A stretch of DNA of 63,782 nt, filler included, from Dimorphilus gyrociliatus (GCA_904063045.1; 3 parts of 3 records of this genome joined end to end with filler, not necessarily neighbours in it); one strand, 5' to 3'. Shown: positions 48,801 through 59,950, counted from the first letter of the whole stretch. The notes: generated by a model from the sequence alone, not told the origin. Translations and numbers: made by a program.

Positions 48801-51800
48801 AAATTCTTAATTTTCCTTAATCTATTACAGTAGTTAAACAGAAAAAAGCCTCTCAAGCTTTTCTGCTATTCATTATTAAGGGAAACAAGAATTGTATGAT
48901 TATGAAAAAAAAGTTTTACTACAGTTTTCTTCATCATTTCCATTAGAGCATTCTTGTAAATGATCACATACATATTTGTAGCTTATGTTATAGCCATTTC
49001 CACATTGGTATTCATCAGCTTGTGGACAATTTTCTTCATCTTCACCAGAGAAACAATCCAGATATCCATCACACTGGTAAATTCTATTAATACAAATTTG
49101 GTCTATTGAACAATAGAATAAATGTTGAGAACACATATCTTTATTGATATAGAGTCTTAAAAATTGATTTATTAATATTCTATTCTTTCTATTCATTCCA
49201 TCAACTATTGTTCAATATGAAAAAACAATTCCAATGTCAAACTTTTTCATGGACTTATCTAAAGTTCTTACCTGCTGGACTAATACATGGTAGAGTTGTT
49301 ATTTGTTTTAATTCACATGTAGTAGGTTCAATATTGTATGTTTTATGCATGGAATGAAGCAAGGCAGATGGTTTTTCAATTATTTTATATAGAAAACACT
49401 TGGACATTTTGGTAATTGTTGCTTGTCTAATATTGTTTTTGGTGAATTTTCTACAAATGTCTTTCAGGCTAGATTTTCAATTTAAATATCTAAATGATGT
49501 TTTTATCAGTTATATCATACTTATTTAATCACCTATAAAATATTGGTTCTGATGATGTGAAATCATAAGGTTTCTTATCTAAATGAACTATAATTGACCT
49601 ATTTCTGCTATTTTTTATAGTTTTTAGCTCTAAAACATATAAAAAATAAAAAGAAAATGTAATATGTTTAAAATTGACTACATTTGATATTCACTTCCAG
49701 GTAAATTGAAATAATAGCTATTAGATCCCACAGTTTCAATTGACATAAGCAGTTGAAGATGATAAAAAAAATCAAATATTTCAAAAGACAAAAAACTCAA
49801 AGTACTGTTTTTCTTTTTGCAAATATTTTGCACTTTATCAATAGACACTCTCTTTTTATATTGTATCAATAGAAAACAATGATTTTTAAATTGTATTGCA
49901 TCTTTGTTGTTGCATACTGCAGGATCAAATTTAAAAATTTAAATTGTAAATTTTAAACACATACAAAAAACACCTTTGCCATTATTTGAACATTTTATAT
50001 GAATTTATAGTGTATGAAGATTTTTTTTTTTATATTTTAAAAATGAGTTTACTATTGCACTATTTACATTTACACCACATGAAGAGTTATACTCATTTTT
50101 GAATTGAGTACATTTCATAGTTAAATAATAATTAAGAAAAATTGTTGATGTATAAGAATAACTAAATATTTCACCAAATTTAAAACCAAATGGAAATGCC
50201 ACTGGGGCAGTTACAGACTCTAACCCTTCAACCCCAGCAACTCCAACAATTACAATTCAGCCAGCAGGAATGTCAGAAAGGCAACAAAGACTAATTGAAG
50301 ACTATGATAGATTGGTGAGTGAAATGAAAAGAAATAGAATCACAATTCCAACAGATCATGGAGATGGAACACATCACCCAGCACAGAACCCAAATGTTGA
50401 TATCACAACAGTAATTCAAGCATTAAGGGCTGCTTGGGACCGCCCTCAAAGAACTATTCTCAAGTTGTATGATGGAAGCAAGGAGTGTTCAAAATTCAAA
50501 GAAGACTTTAATCAGGCATGTTATGCTTATGGTTGGATAGGTGAAGATGTTGTGAAAGCAAATCTTTTAGATTATTTAACTGGTCCTGCAAAGGATTTGG
50601 TGTTGGCTCTGGATGGAGAGCCTACTGTGGAGGAAATATGGAAAGCCCTCCATGACGAATTTGATCTGGAGCCTTTGGAGTATCAAGAGAAATTGCTTAA
50701 CTTAAAGCAAATGAATGGCGAAAGTGTGGTTCAGTTTGTTAATAGAGCAAAGAAATTGATAAAGAGGTTTTCTCCACCTAGACCAATGGAACCACAATTG
50801 CTTGCAACTATGAAAGAAATAAAACTGATGGAAGTTTTACAAAGAGGATTACAACAGGATATTCTACATTTAGTGTACACCTTACATCCTAAATGTCAAA
50901 CATTGGCAGAACTATATGAGGCTGCTAAGTAAGTAGAAACTTCATTAAAACTAACTCAAAGAAAACCGATCACAATGGTGTCAAAATTGGAAACTCAACA
51001 AAGAAAAGAGACCAAAAAGACCCAGGTAATCAGAAAAGATGCTTCTACAGAAACCCCAAATTTTTGGAATAGAAAGCATGTACCTGACAACAAAAATGCT
51101 ACTAAAGAAAAGTTTTCAAGCCAAAAAGTCCAAAAGTATGCACCAACTACAACAAACAGGTATTATAAGAAAAATCAACCAGCAAAGACAATTCTGAAAG
51201 AGGAACCTAAGCTACAAAAATTAGAAACATTAGACAATGAAAGCATGTCAGAAAATGATGAAGTTCAAGATATTCTCTGTTTTTCAGATAGTGACTTGTT
51301 ACAAAGCAAACAATCTGAGCAAAATGCTTCAACATTTATTGGACAATTTGAAACTAATAATGGTTTTAAGTTTGATGCCTTGATAGACTCTGGTACTGAC
51401 AGATCTTTTGATTCAAAAAAGGTATTAAGACAAGTTCAAGGAAAAGCATCCTTCCCAGAACAAACTGTGAAAAATGCTAGAGATGCTTCAGGTAATAGCA
51501 TAGAGATATGTGGAGAAATCATTCTCAGACTTTATTTTAATGGAAAGATTATTAAACAACGCTTTCTGATCAACAAAATCATTACACAACAATGTATTAT
51601 TGGGTGTGACTTTCTACAACAAAATGGAGCTACCCTTGACTTTGGCAAGAGACAGATTATACTCCAGCCAGGTACAGAAAAGAATTACCCTGTTGGAACA
51701 CAACACTTATCTTTCAAAGGATTTTACCCAGTTCCTCTTATTATGAAAAGAATGAGAGTCAAATACATACCCTTCAGACAACAATTGAACAAGAAAATCT

Positions 51801-54800
51801 GGAGATGAAGGACAAAGTTACCCAAATTCTGGCGAAATATAAAGAAACTATTGCAGAAGACAGATTTGATATTGGCAATCCAGAGGTACCACCCTTGGAA
51901 ATAACTCTTGAACCAGGTTCAACACCATATAGACAAAGGCTATATAGAATGCCTCCTCAAAAACAAGAAGAATGTAAGCAGCAGATAGCTGAATCTTGGT
52001 GAACTGTTGCTCCATATTTTAGAAGGTTGGAAAGTTGCATAAGATGTAAAAATTTTTGTACGTGTTGGATTGATTCCAAAATCCAAAAATAGGCAAAGGT
52101 CAGCCTTAGTACTGTTCTAATATACTGCAAACTTTTAATAATAATTGTAAGATGTTTTAGCATAAAAAAGTGATAGGTATAAACTAAATAAACTTAATTA
52201 TTCAAAATAGTATTGTGCATACAAATTCATATAAAAATTGTTTGCCATTATTAAAATTTAATATATTCATTTTTAATAAATTATATCCAAATTTTTTTTA
52301 ACTAGATGAAACTAAACTTTGCCTCTTGGAAGATACTTCTAAAAATAGACAACGTAGAAAACTCCATTTGAATTTTAATTTTTTCAATAATTTTACATAT
52401 TTTATATGCATAAGGAAAATTTGTATAGAAATTGTTATTAATAATAAACATAATAATTTGTATAACATATTTAGATGTAGGATTTAAAATATGATCTGTA
52501 TTCCGTGAAGTAATTGTGTAAAGCAAAAAATACCAATAAAAGCTTAACTGGTATTAAATAATTTCAATTTCATATTGAATTCCATCAGAATTTGAATTGT
52601 GTTAAAGAAACTATTATCCCAGAAGAGGAAACTGTGATCTCTAACCAACAACCCGTGAGCAAAGTAAGTTATACCTTGTGAACAGCTTGTAACACTCTTT
52701 AAAAATACCATTATTTCTTCTTCATTAAATTCTTCGTAGATAATTGATTTTTGATAAGTATACCTGTCTGGATAATTGCTACTATGCAATTCTAGTAATT
52801 CTTCAGAGTTATTATCCAAATACACCATGCCAAAATGATTATTTATAATTTTGCATGTCACATTTGAAATACCACTCTCAATATTTGGTTGTATTCAAAA
52901 TTTACTGGAAGTAGTGTTTTTCTTTTGTAACCCTTTGAAACACGTTCTAAAAACTTCTTCGGATTTGACAGATAAGGAAGTGAGTAGTCAGACGAAATGT
53001 TTTGAAAATATTACATTTGTCATGGTACAGTTAAGAGCTACAGCCTTCTGTAAATCCATCATGGTAAAAGAACAATATAGGGAAAGCAAGAATAGAAATC
53101 TCAATCTTCCAAAATATTTTGAGGTTGATGATGAAGTATTCTTAAGAAATGATGGTGCAAGAATTGCAATAACAAAAATCCCTTCTTTAAAATGGTTAGG
53201 CCCATACCGAATAACAAAAGTCAATCATCAAAAGTGGATATATGAAATACAAATGGATGATAATACATGCAAGTTTGTACATGGTAGCAGATTAAGACTA
53301 GCCAATGAATCTAATAAGTTGGAAACAGGGAAAGAAACAACAACAATCTTTCTCCTTGTGGAGAAGGAAATAACACACCTCCAATATCTTTCTCAGGTAG
53401 AAGGAAGAAATGACTTCCAATTCCGTTTGAAGAATCACAAAGGCAGAGAAGTCATTGCCTTGTGTGACACAGGAGCATTGAGATCCTTTATTACTGAAAA
53501 AGAAATCAAGTTAATGGATGTCACAATTATGGATAAAGAAACAATTGGCTTACCAATTATAACTTCAGCTGATGGGAAAGCTTTAAAGCAAAAAGGAAGC
53601 ATAAAGCTGAATATCCAATTTGCTGGAGAAAGTATGGAACAAGAATTTATCGTTATGGAAAATCTAGACATAGCAATAATACTTGGTTGTGATTTCCTAC
53701 AAACTGTGGGAGCAAACCTCAATTTTTAAGCTAAACAGTGTTCTCTCAAATTTGATAGAAGGAAAGGGAACCTGGCTGAAAGAATAAGGCAACCTCAACT
53801 AAACAAAGTCACTATAGCTATGATGGGACAGCATGACTCTTCATCAGAAATCTCAGATAGTGATGATTCAGAGATGGAAGTTACTAATTCTGATACTGAT
53901 TATGACACAAGCAATACTTTTGAAACAGACAGTAATTACAGTGTCAATGAACCCTCAAGCTCATCTGAAAGTGATGACACAGAAACAAATAATGAACTGG
54001 ATCAAAACACAGATTCAGAGGCAAACATTATCTCTGATAGAGAAGAGGAAATACCTTGTTCAGACAATGAGTCAATAATTACTGAAAGTGAAATTATTGA
54101 TATAACCCATTCTGATAATGAGTCAACAATTATTGAAGGTGAAATTATTGACATAACCCATTCAGATAATGAGTCCATCATAGTGGTAGATTCATCCCAA
54201 GATGAGAAAGAAAATACAGGTGACACAGACAATGAGTCAGTCATATTTTTAGATGAGACTAAAATCATCTCTGAACAATTAGATTCCCAACAAGAAGTGG
54301 GACCACAATATATAGAGTTAGAGGATGGAATAACTATCAGAGTGGAACAACAACACAAAATTTTCAACCATTCAACTATAGCCAACACAGGAAGAGCTAA
54401 CATGAAACAGATGTTGTGGCTTCCACTAGTGATGACTGTAATGGTGATCTGTGGCTGCATCCACTCAATAACAGTTCTGAAACCATCCTACCAAGGTGCA
54501 CATGTTACAACTGCAAACATTACCTTAACATTTAAACCACTGTTATACTTTTGTTCTAACCAACTACCAAGCCAGGCATTTGATCTAGCAGATGAGCCAA
54601 CTTGTAATATAGAATCACAAGAAACCAAGACAATTACAGCTGATATCTATGAATTGAACTTGGAAGAAATTGAAACAAGAGCAGTAAAATGTCAAGTGTA
54701 TCTAAGAACTAATTTTTACACTTACTATTTCTTTGGAGCAAAGAAGAGGAGAATTGTTAACTCAGTTATTAAAGTAACTCATGATCAATGCAGACAGATG

Positions 54801-57400
54801 GTAAAAGACAAACAATCTTTTCAAGGAAAACCTTTAATGGTGAAAAGAAACACTTGGATCCACCAAGATCAGCTTCCTGCTGCCTACACATGGCCAACAA
54901 CTACCAAGGTGCTGGAATACACCACAATTATCCAGTTTGGCAAAGCATATTGGCAACCTCCTAATATGAAAATTACAACTAATCTGGACTACCTGGAAGA
55001 TTGTTTACCAGGGCAGTCCTATTGTGAGACAGAAGAGGCAATTATTGTCTTTAGAAACCTCAAGAATAATTACACACTTCGACAACAATCACCATGGATA
55101 AAAATTAGCAACAGAATTAGTTGTATGAAATTTGCTGGTCACTATTCTTGCCCAGGGTATTCTATTCTGGACATCCCTTATCAAGACAAATTCATTGATG
55201 GAATTGGTGGCCCTGGAACAAAAGTGCTAGTACCACTGGAGGAACAGAGTTTAATACAGGAAACAGGCAAGGAACACCTATACAATTTGCTACAATATCA
55301 AAAGATTGGAAAAAATAAAGAAAAACGACTATTAAACTATCCCAATAAAGTGAAAGAACAAATTATACTATACAAGAGAAACAGCCCCTTACCAAGTCTT
55401 AACCAATGGTATAGAGAAACAAACACAATGTATAAACTAATGAGAAATAAAGGCACACTCAAGGAAGTTGTGATATATCATCTACAACAACCCATTAGTC
55501 CATCTTACTGGGAGCTGGATAACTATTATATCCAAGAAATGCTGCAAGCAGTCAATTGGACAAGGGCAACAAGACAATCTGTTACGATTTCAAAATATGT
55601 ATACAGTGAGAAAAGAATCAAACAGAAGGTATTACCAACATTGGGCATATGGTATAAAGGACCACCAGCCAGAGAATTTAAGATTACCCATGAAGGAATT
55701 TATTTTACTCTACACATGCGAATGGCTAAAAAGCAGATGAAGAAGGAAGCAAAACTGAAACATAATATAAGTAAAAACCCATACCACAAATTCCCATTGG
55801 AAATGAGAGAAGTTGCCCGAACATCTACCTTACTACATGGCATTGATTCAAATTTTAAGAATTTAAAAAAGTTTACCCAACAGCTGTCAAGTCTTCTCTG
55901 CAATCAATTTGTTCAAAGAAGCAGGATGATGGCATTACTAGCAAATTTGGATCCTCAATTGACCACAGTGTTAACAAATGAGTTGGGAATGCACAGTAGT
56001 CAGATGGGAGAATTAGCTATAATTAAACAATGTTCACCAATAGCCTCAACAGAAGTAGTTTGTGACTTAAGCATGATAAAAAAGAATAACAAATGTTCTC
56101 AATTTTTACTTGTCACCATGAACAACCTGCTTTTCCAAGTAGAACCAGTTACTCATGTTTTACAGCAAGTCAATCCTGAAGAGATTATCTATAATGAGTG
56201 TAAGTCTAACAAGTTATTTAAATTATCATCTAGATATTGAAAGGAAAGAAAATAACGTATAACATTTATGTGGAGAAAGAATTAGTATATCTCTCAAATG
56301 ATATTTTGCTAAGAAAACAAAATATAATACAAATTGGAAAAATGTTTTTAAAGGTGATATGTTATGATAAAAGAATGAAACAGATGATTTGATATTTTGT
56401 TAGTGAAAAAACTATTATTCTAATTTTACTTTTTGCAATTTCTCATGTTTTCAATATATAATACCCAAAAATATTGTCCATTAATTAGAGGACATGTTCA
56501 AGTTGAAAGGCAAAAGAATGATTGGCTATATATCTCTAATAAGAGATTTACAAAAAATGAAGCTAAGGTAATGCTATTCATATAGGCCTAAACGAAATAA
56601 TAATAATTTGAATTTCAAAACGAAAACAGAAAATGTGCAAAAAATTCAATTGTATTTCTGATAATAATCATTTTGTGAAAAAGCCTCAAGAATTTTGTTT
56701 AGTGTATTTCTCATTGCATTGCAACTCTGAATCAAAAATGTTGGATGATTGCCAAATTTTTAATATATTAGATGAGAATTTACTATTTGGTGATTATTTG
56801 ATGCCGTTTATTCAATGCGATAATTCAACGTTCTTCTGTAAGATATCTTCTTTTATACTGTCTGAAAAAGGGATTTGTTTGAAAACTCAATGTAGGACTT
56901 GGATCACTATCTGTCATTTCTGCAATTATGTTGGATAAATAGAGAGATTTATACATAAAAGATGGTTCCAACTCCACCATTTAGATTTTCAGTTGAAGAG
57001 CAAGGGTTAGTCACTTTCCTTTGCCAAATTAATTTAATTAGCATATTGCCTAGTTCATCAGCGATTAAGATGTTACATTCATTATGGAGATAGATAGTTA
57101 AGAGCCCTCAATATAATCTTCTCCACTGGATAAGAGTAACTACTTGTAACTTTTCCTCTTGATAGCCATATCTGTAGATTTTCTTTACACAACTCAGTTT
57201 GCAAATACATATTGACAACAAGGAATGTCATCAACAGATGACATCTGTAAAAATCAAATTTTTACCTTTTTGACCTCGTTGACTCTACATTCAAGTTTGT
57301 TTTCAACCTGATTTAGTAACTTGAATGTATAGTTAACAAGAATTGATTGAAGAGTAAGATCTACCTCATAAACTTGTCCATACTATCCTACACCTATTGA
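39900..57400 (-). CDS. Large multi-exon GRL101-like mosaic receptor (CUB/SRCR/C-lectin-like modules, many LDLa, LRR, 7TM); integrity and 5' extent uncertain
   Basis: LDLa exons at 48340-49200 and 41830-43230, C-lectin-like 43897-44121, SRCR-like 44417-44734, CUB-like SSNYPDRY at 52544-52861, LRR plus TM1-4 at 40604-41806 (TIERY) and TM5-6 at 40297-40611. It may be more than one gene or partly pseudogenic. Confidence 0.7.
47620..47980 (+). mobile_element. MULE transposase C-terminal scrap
   Basis: SVFGMNICTNNDVEGWHRRLNEK at 47905-47975. Confidence 0.7.
50200..52000 (+). mobile_element. Gypsy gag, aspartic protease 1 and start of RT (no LTR flanks)
   Basis: Capsid-like LYDG..F..CYAYGW..LLDYLTGPA..LKQMNGESVVQFVNR. 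Same frame after one TAA (50930) to ALIDSGT..IIGCDFL. Then a frameshift to LEITLEPGSTPYRQRLYRMP (RT N-terminus). No zinc knuckle seen. Confidence 0.9.
52990..53729 (+). mobile_element. Integrase C-terminal tail (GPY/F) fused in frame to a second retropepsin
   Basis: KWLGPYRITKV..YEI..VHGSRLR, then ALCDTGALRSFI..SADG..G.I.L.I..F.V....IILGCDFL. Confidence 0.88.
53820..56240 (+). CDS. Acidic SIM-like linker plus class III fusion-type envelope glycoprotein (signal at 54402), C-terminally truncated, no TM anchor
   Basis: 806-aa open frame: Ser/Asp/Glu-rich first ~190 aa, signal MLWLPLVMTVMVICGCIHS, C..Y.YFFG.K..V....C..M..W..AYTWP, and LCNQ..LLANLDP..MGELAIIKQC (gB-like). Confidence 0.78.
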   Translation: MMGQHDSSSEISDSDDSEMEVTNSDTDYDTSNTFETDSNYSVNEPSSSSESDDTETNNELDQNTDSEANIISDREEEIPCSDNESIITESEIIDITHSDNESTIIEGEIIDITHSDNESIIVVDSSQDEKENTGDTDNESVIFLDETKIISEQLDSQQEVGPQYIELEDGITIRVEQQHKIFNHSTIANTGRANMKQMLWLPLVMTVMVICGCIHSITVLKPSYQGAHVTTANITLTFKPLLYFCSNQLPSQAFDLADEPTCNIESQETKTITADIYELNLEEIETRAVKCQVYLRTNFYTYYFFGAKKRRIVNSVIKVTHDQCRQMVKDKQSFQGKPLMVKRNTWIHQDQLPAAYTWPTTTKVLEYTTIIQFGKAYWQPPNMKITTNLDYLEDCLPGQSYCETEEAIIVFRNLKNNYTLRQQSPWIKISNRISCMKFAGHYSCPGYSILDIPYQDKFIDGIGGPGTKVLVPLEEQSLIQETGKEHLYNLLQYQKIGKNKEKRLLNYPNKVKEQIILYKRNSPLPSLNQWYRETNTMYKLMRNKGTLKEVVIYHLQQPISPSYWELDNYYIQEMLQAVNWTRATRQSVTISKYVYSEKRIKQKVLPTLGIWYKGPPAREFKITHEGIYFTLHMRMAKKQMKKEAKLKHNISKNPYHKFPLEMREVARTSTLLHGIDSNFKNLKKFTQQLSSLLCNQFVQRSRMMALLANLDPQLTTVLTNELGMHSSQMGELAIIKQCSPIASTEVVCDLSMIKKNNKCSQFLLVTMNNLLFQVEPVTHVLQQVNPEEIIYNECKSNKLFKLSSRY
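54060..54260 (+). repeat. Coding 51-bp (17-aa) tandem repeat SDNES-x-EIIDITH
   Basis: Units start at 54060, 54111 and 54162, with a fourth degenerate TDNES at ~54225. Confidence 0.92.
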
Positions 57401-57489
57401 TTTATTTACTCTTGTTTGGCTGAATTTTAAAGGAAGAGGAATAGAAGGAAAGAGATTCACAAACTAAAAAGTAAGCTTTACAACATTTA

Positions 57490-57589
57490 NNNNNNNNNNN
57501 NNNNNNNNNNNNNNNNNNNNNNNNNNNNNNNNNTTAATTAATTAANNNNNNNNNNNNNNNNNNNNNNNNNNNNNNNNNNNNNNNNNNNN
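57490..57589. other. Artificial contig linker (second copy)
   Basis: Identical N44-TTAATTAATTAA-N44 cassette. Confidence 0.97.
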
Positions 57590-57680
57590 AATTAATGTTA
57601 TCATGAATCCTATTATCTATTCATTAAATGATATATTTGATAAAATTCATTTAGTTAAACAGAAATCTTTAGATGAGAAG
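57590..57680 (+). CDS. Terminal TM7 fragment of a GPCR cut by the linker
   Basis: INVIMNPIIYSLNDIF (NPxxY). Confidence 0.5.
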
Positions 57681-59312
57681 TTAGTTTTAAAAAAAAAAAA
57701 AAAAAATTTTTTTTTAGATAGAAAAAATTTTTTTTTTTTTAAGGAACAGAATTGCTAAATTTGAAAGGGAACAAGCTGTACTTAAAAGTTAACTATACAA
57801 TTTAAATCATTAAATTTCTTTCTAACAATTTTTTTATTCCTCTTTTTTCTCATTTAAAAATTAGCATTAAGATTTTATGAGAATTATAAAGAAAATTGTA
57901 TTATAATAAAAAATGCTGACAATAAGAAAAAATATGAAAATATTACATTAAATGATAAAAAATTGTATGAAAGTAATAGAAAACTTTATTTTAAATTAAT
58001 AAGGAATATTGTTCAAGCAATTGTTTTTTGTCATCAAAATTCACTTGCAGCTGCATTTGAAGTTCAAATTGGTGATATATTTTTTTGTGTAAGTAATTTT
58101 GAAATTTTGAAATTTATTTTTTTTTTTTATGAATTTGTTAATTTTTTAATTTTTGTGAATTTTTTTTCTATTTTTTCTTAAGAAATTAAAAAAATGTTAT
58201 TGCATTTATGGGAAAAAATTGGTAAATTTAACAACAAATCATGAAAAAAGAGATTGTTATTCAATTGGTTTTATTACCAGGAAAATTCTACAAATAAGAT
58301 CAGCATATAAAAAATTTGAATAATTCACTGTTATGTACTCTGTTAAATATTTTTAATAAATATAATTTGACCTTAACCTTGACCTACTTTCTAAAAAGAA
58401 TCTTTAAATGTGTTATATATTATTTTATTAAGAAATTTTCATTAGCATAAATTTCTTTCAAATAGTACTTTTGAATGGTCAATTTTCAGTTTTCCCTTTA
58501 AAAAAAATTCAAACATTCTTTGTTTATTAAAAAACTTCAAATTGAAATATTTTTATTTTAAACATTCCAGGTTAGGGTTAGGGTTAGGAAAGGGTTCATT
58601 TTGAGAAAGTCAAAATTTAGATGTAAATAGTTTTCCAACTAAGTCATCACACCTAAATAGAACATTTCAGAAATGTTCAAAAAACAAAATTTTCGAAAAA
58701 AAAATTATCTATACTATGATAAGAATGTGAAAATTTGATAAAATTCCCAAAGAAAGTATAAAACCCCTTATCTTGATGACAACAATGTCTAATAGCATTA
58801 TGTAACATATACAGCCATGGCACTTGATTTTTTTCTCACAAAAATATTACTATTTAAAATAGATCAATATAAAAATTATCATTGACTTAGCAAAGAATGA
58901 AAATTAACCCAAGCCATTGAAATCTCTTCTCTCATTTTATCTTTGGTAATGGAACAACATAAACACAAATGATCCATAGACTAAAGGTAAAACAATTAAG
59001 AATATGAACACATATTATATATTAAGGAACCCAATGAAAATTTTTCTATAAAAACATAAATTCAATGCAGTGCAGTTTGCTTTTCACTTAAATAACAAAG
59101 TTAAGCAGCCATTCTGAAACTGTCTGCTTCAACGTTGTAGTGTCACATGATTACAATTTATGTGATTCAATACTGCTAATGCAATATATAATAGAAATTA
59201 TATTATCGTAAAAACCTTTTAGTATTGAAATTTCTTCACGTATTACGCAATCTCTAATTTTGTTTTCCAGTAGACTATTTGTAACTATTTGCTGATATCA
59301 CGCCTTTGCTGC

Positions 59313-59316
<4 letters not shown>

Positions 59317-59350
<34 letters not shown>
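59317..59350. repeat. (CT)n microsatellite
   Basis: 17 CT units. Confidence 0.97.
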
Positions 59351-59355
<5 letters not shown>

Positions 59356-59559
59356 TTAACAATGGTTATAGATGATTACGCCCTCTTTACCAATTCATAT
59401 CTCAAAACTTATCTTTCAAATTTCATTTATCTCTCTCTTCTTCCAAATGGAAGTTCAAGACAATTTAACCCTAAGCCATTTTCTTAGATAGGAATGTGCT
59501 GATGAAAGAGAACTTGCTAGCTATTAAAGCTGTTCAAGATGAAGAAGATGTTGAAGAAT

Positions 59560-59950
59560 TTTGCCTAATTAATTCGAACAGTAATTGTGGTCCATTATAG
59601 ACAATATTCTTTAAGATGTGCCAGGTATTCTCAATGGGAGAAAGGTCTGGAGAGTACGCTGGCCAAGGTAAGATAGGATACTTACCATTCTTAAAATAAT
59701 TTTTTATAATTTTGGCCTTATGGCAAGGAGCATTGTCCTGCTGGAAGATGTAATCTCTCCCATAACGCTTCTTAAAGAAAGGCGTCACTTCTTTCTTAAG
59801 CAGATTTAAATACCACTCCTTCGTACATTTTTTTTCTATTCTTGAAATGTACAAAAAACCATCTGGCCCCATACAGCCTTATATCATCACTCCCCCACCA
59901 CCCATTTTGTGTTTTTGCTTCTTAACTGTTCACTTTCAGCATTGAACTGC
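59560..59950 (-). mobile_element. Tc1 transposase fragment (DD34E)
   Basis: GGGGVMI*GC, FQQDNAPCH and WPAYSPDLSPIENTW, with 34 residues between D and E. Confidence 0.9.

Noticed and set aside
16398-53729. Reassigned TAA (alternative genetic code), suggested by in-frame TAAs at 16398, 50930 and 53727
   Set aside because: Intact genes (NLR1, the GPCR) end normally at TAA, and TAA is the commonest nonsense outcome in AT-rich DNA.
54002-54460. Antisense ORFs here and at 27235-27609, 52988-53224, 53435-53722 and 11222-11470
   Set aside because: They are shadows of real opposite-strand ORFs with no independent motifs.
58571-58600. TTAGGG tracts as a real telomere or chromosome end
   Set aside because: Only 2-3 units, internal, and mostly inside MITEs.
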